Below are positions 61,213 through 64,000 of a stretch of 64,000 bases of DNA, piece after piece. Under the pieces are notes generated by a model. It worked only from the letters and a program-made list of their open reading frames with translations. It made no database searches and was not told the DNA's origin. Position 1 is the stretch's first letter. Each line of letters starts with the position of its first letter. The translations under genes were made by a program, and so were the position numbers. This DNA is from an uncultured Planctomycetaceae bacterium (GTDB lineage Bacteria; Planctomycetota; Planctomycetia; Isosphaerales; Isosphaeraceae), in the NCBI GenBank assembly GCA_963833985.1, contig CAWIAD010000002.1:2368001-2432000 (forward strand). Reading direction: 5' to 3'.

Positions 61213-61583
61213 GCGTCCGCGCCCTGCTCTCCCGCTGCCACCAGATGCTCGAGGACATCCCCTCGGCCCTGAGCGCCTGCGCCGCGGGGTTGCGGCTCGA
61301 CGCCGACGATGCCGAGCTTCACTTCCGCAAGGCGATCCTCCATCGCAAGGCGGCCCAGCCCGCCGAGGCCGAAGCGTGCTGGCGGCGCATCCTGACGCTA
61401 AAGCGTGCGGAGCAGTTTTGCAGTGTGGATCAGGGCATCTACGGCCAGCTGACGCTGCGCAACCTGGCCGTGCTGGCCGAAGAGCGCGGCGACTACGCGG
61501 AAGCCCAGCGCCTGTGGGCCCAGTTCCTCGCCGAGCGCCCGGGTGATGCCCAGGCCGCATCGCGCCTTCAAGCATCCTGTTAG
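61213..61583 (+). pseudogene. C-terminal TPR fragment (probably of a TPR-glycosyltransferase)
   Basis: TPR-like helices ALSACAAGLRLDADDAELHFRKA, AEAEACWRRIL, RNLAVLAEERGD; begins right after the vapC stop with no N-terminal domain. Confidence 0.55.
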
Positions 61584-61799
61584 CTCGGTGCACCTGCCGC
61601 TCGCCACGTACGGACGGGCGTTCCGCGCAGTGGAGTACCGTCAAGCCCTGCGGCTGGTATCCACCGCACTGACAACCAGACTGCTGCCGCGCTGCACTGT
61701 TATCTTGGTTCCCGGGCCCGAAGGCGATAGACTGAATGGAACTGACAAACGGCGTCACCGCTTGCCACCGTTGCTTTCCAGAAAGAAAGGCCAAGTGCC

Positions 61800-62814
61800 A
61801 TGGGTATTCCCGCTCGGAGCCGCGTCGCGATCGCGTGCCAGGGAGGTGGCAGTCACACGGCTTTTTCCGCAGGCGTTCTCGAGGGCCTGTTGAGCCAGCT
61901 TCCCGAAGATGTGGAGGTGGTGGCACTCTCGGGCACGTCCGGCGGCGCCATGTGCGCGGCGCTTGCCTGGGACGGCCTGGTGCGCGGCGATGCCAGGCTG
62001 GCCGGCCAGAAGCTGAGACGATTCTGGGAGGCCATCTCGGCCCGCAAGCCGTGGGACAAGATCCTGAACCAGACGCTGCTGAACATCGTCAACCTGCGCA
62101 ACCACATGGTCCTGCCCGAGGTCAGCCCCTACCACATGCCGACCTGGGGCGAGGACCTGTTTCGTGAGATCCTCAACCAGCATTTTGATTTCGAGGAGTT
62201 GCGAAAGCTGGCGCGTCGGCCGGGAGCCCCGGCGCTGCTGATCGGTGCGGTTGAGGTGCTCACCGGCCATTTCGAGGTCTTCACCGGCCCCGAGCTCCAG
62301 GTGGAGTGCCTGCTGGCGTCGGCCGCCATCCCCGAGCTCTTCCGGGCGGTCACGGTGCCCGGGCGAGGCGTCTTCTGGGACGGCCTGTTCTCGCAGAACC
62401 CGCCGATTCACGATATGACAGACTTCAATATCAATGAGCTCTGGGTGATCCAGATCAACCCCAGTACCTGCGCGGGTGCCGACGGAGACGCACGAGATCA
62501 TCGACCGCCGCAACGAGCTGGCCGGCAACCTGTCGATGGAGCAGGAGCTGAACCTGATCGAGATCATCAACCGCTTGCTGGCCTCAGGCAAGCTGAACGA
62601 CCCGAAGTACCATCCGATCCATGTGGCGCGGATCCCGCTGGACCGGGACCTCGGCTACACCTCGAAGCTGGATCGCTGGCCGTCCTTCCTGGACGAGCTC
62701 ATGGACTACGGCAAGTCGAAGGCCCGCTGGTTCCTCAAGGAGCGGGAGGGTCGAAAACACACGCTGAATGCCCTGGGTGTTTTTTCCGCCGCCGGCGTGG
62801 CCCCGGCCTTCTAA
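61800..62814 (+). CDS. patatin-like phospholipase (frameshift near 62470)
   Basis: ACQGGGSHTAF, GTSGG, LASAAIP, WDGLFSQNPP; continues IIDRRNELAGNLS...SKLDR in ORF 62476..62814. Confidence 0.9.
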
Positions 62815-62847
62815 ATAGCTCCGCGTAATAGGGAAAGTGTGGAAGGA

Positions 62848-62894
62848 ACGGCCGCCCTCGGCCGTCCTGAGCCAGCCGAGGGCGGCTGGCCCAC
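62848..62894. repeat. inverted REP-like doublet / possible bidirectional terminator
   Basis: GCCGCCCTCGGC ... GCCGAGGGCGGC stem; the right arm reads GTGGGCCAGCCGCCCTCGGCTG on the minus strand; lies between convergent genes. Confidence 0.6.
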
Positions 62895-62916
62895 ATTCCA
62901 AGAGGCGAGGATCTAT

Positions 62917-64000
62917 TTAGAAGTCGCTGAACCACTGGAGCTGGAACAGCGTGCCGCTTTCTCCTGCGCGGTAGCCGGTAAGGATGTTCTGAGCGGGCGA
63001 GTGATCGATGCGCAGGACCTCGAAGGTCATCCGCCAGTCGCGGGTGCCCTTGACGTACCAGTTGATGCCTCCGCCATACTCGTCGCCACCGCCGAACGGG
63101 CCGGTCACGAAGGACGTCCGGGCAAATAGCTCGAGCTTGCGGGGTGCCACGAAATACCCCGCCTGCAAGAGCCCGCCATGGTCGAAGATGGTGTGGTAGG
63201 GGGAGCGGCCGCCGGCTTCCTTGAGGCCGTCCAGCCAGCGGAAGAAGTACTCGCCCGAAATGCCGAGCCCGCGGTACTTGAGCGCGGCATCGACCGTCCA
63301 CAACTGCACCGCCGTGGAAAGCAGCCGCACGCCGGGCCCCAGTGCACCCTCGCGGAACAGGGGCGTGCCATCCGAGAGACGAAGGATGGTGTCCTCGGGA
63401 TTGGCCAGACCATACAGGCCGATGCCTTGATTGGTCTCGCGCGAGAGCGCCAGGTTGGTGCCCAGTCGCGGTGTCAGGCGCTGGTGATCTTCCAGGTCCG
63501 ACGGCCCGGGACCGAACCGGCCGTTTGGCTCCCACCAGACCGTGCCGCCGAAGGTCGCCGCTCCGCCCACTCGATCAATTCCCTGGCTGAACCGATTCAG
63601 CGAGTTGGCGAGCATTGCGACGTAGTAGAGGTTCGTGATCGGCTGTCCTTGTGCCCAGATCCCCGGGCTGATGTTGGGCCTGAAGAATGTCGTCGCCATG
63701 AGCCGGTCTGCGCCCATCGTGTACCGGAATGACTCGATCCACTCGCGTGTCCCGGGCACCAGCCAGTTGCCGACCCTGAGATCGAACGCATCGTTGAAGT
63801 GATAATTGATCCAGCCCAGGTAGACCGTGTCGTTGAGGGCTGTTGAAGAGAAGATGATGGCCGTGTACTGGAGCCGCTCGTCGAGGGCGAACCCGGAGAA
63901 CTGAATGAAGTTGCGGTTGATCTCGAACGCCTCGAAGCTGCGCACGGGCCGTCTCGCGCCGGTGCTGTCCGCCCAGGAATTCACGCTGGGGGCGAAGTTG
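62917..64000 (-). CDS. outer-membrane beta-barrel/porin (OprO/P-like), 5' end outside the window
   Basis: Amphipathic beta strands, GGINWY, C-terminal LFQLQWFSDF with terminal Phe. Confidence 0.75.
   Translation of the reverse strand, partial: NFAPSVNSWADSTGARRPVRSFEAFEINRNFIQFSGFALDERLQYTAIIFSSTALNDTVYLGWINYHFNDAFDLRVGNWLVPGTREWIESFRYTMGADRLMATTFFRPNISPGIWAQGQPITNLYYVAMLANSLNRFSQGIDRVGGAATFGGTVWWEPNGRFGPGPSDLEDHQRLTPRLGTNLALSRETNQGIGLYGLANPEDTILRLSDGTPLFREGALGPGVRLLSTAVQLWTVDAALKYRGLGISGEYFFRWLDGLKEAGGRSPYHTIFDHGGLLQAGYFVAPRKLELFARTSFVTGPFGGGDEYGGGINWYVKGTRDWRMTFEVLRIDHSPAQNILTGYRAGESGTLFQLQWFSDF

Overview
GC-rich bacterial DNA, most likely a planctomycete of Isosphaeraceae type. This is inferred from the Ser/Thr kinase with beta-helix domains, Tat-exported oxidoreductase, 'RLRFSTR...IAIVAVVL' N-terminus and acidic HTH-TM protein. 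Positions 1-27 kb and 43-53 kb hold mostly housekeeping and accessory genes: MFS and DAACS transporters, AsmA-like protein, VOC, EVE, mnmE, Ser/Thr kinase, hrpB, acyltransferase-3, TlpA, lemA, hydrolase, NUDIX, DoxX, a sigma-54 two-component pair, M48 peptidase and DUF1326. Positions 27-43 kb are an ABC-transporter-dependent (wzm/wzt) surface-polysaccharide cluster with a sulfotransferase, two tandem multidomain GT2+GT4 proteins and two GT9s. Positions 53.5-61.6 kb are a patchwork accessory region with duplicated glycosyltransferase 5' fragments, GTAG-type REP doublets, an Rhs remnant, a likely orphan immunity gene, a VapBC pair and a TPR fragment. The most striking element is an HUH Y1 (RAYT-type) transposase gene bracketed by two inward-facing arrays (about 12 and 19 copies) of one terminal motif. 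The copies share a fixed outer end but are truncated at varying inner positions, the gene's predicted promoter starts at the left array's inner edge, and its stop codon lies in the right array. About 15 frameshifts in otherwise intact genes look like long-read sequencing errors. No rRNA, tRNA or CRISPR-Cas was recognised.
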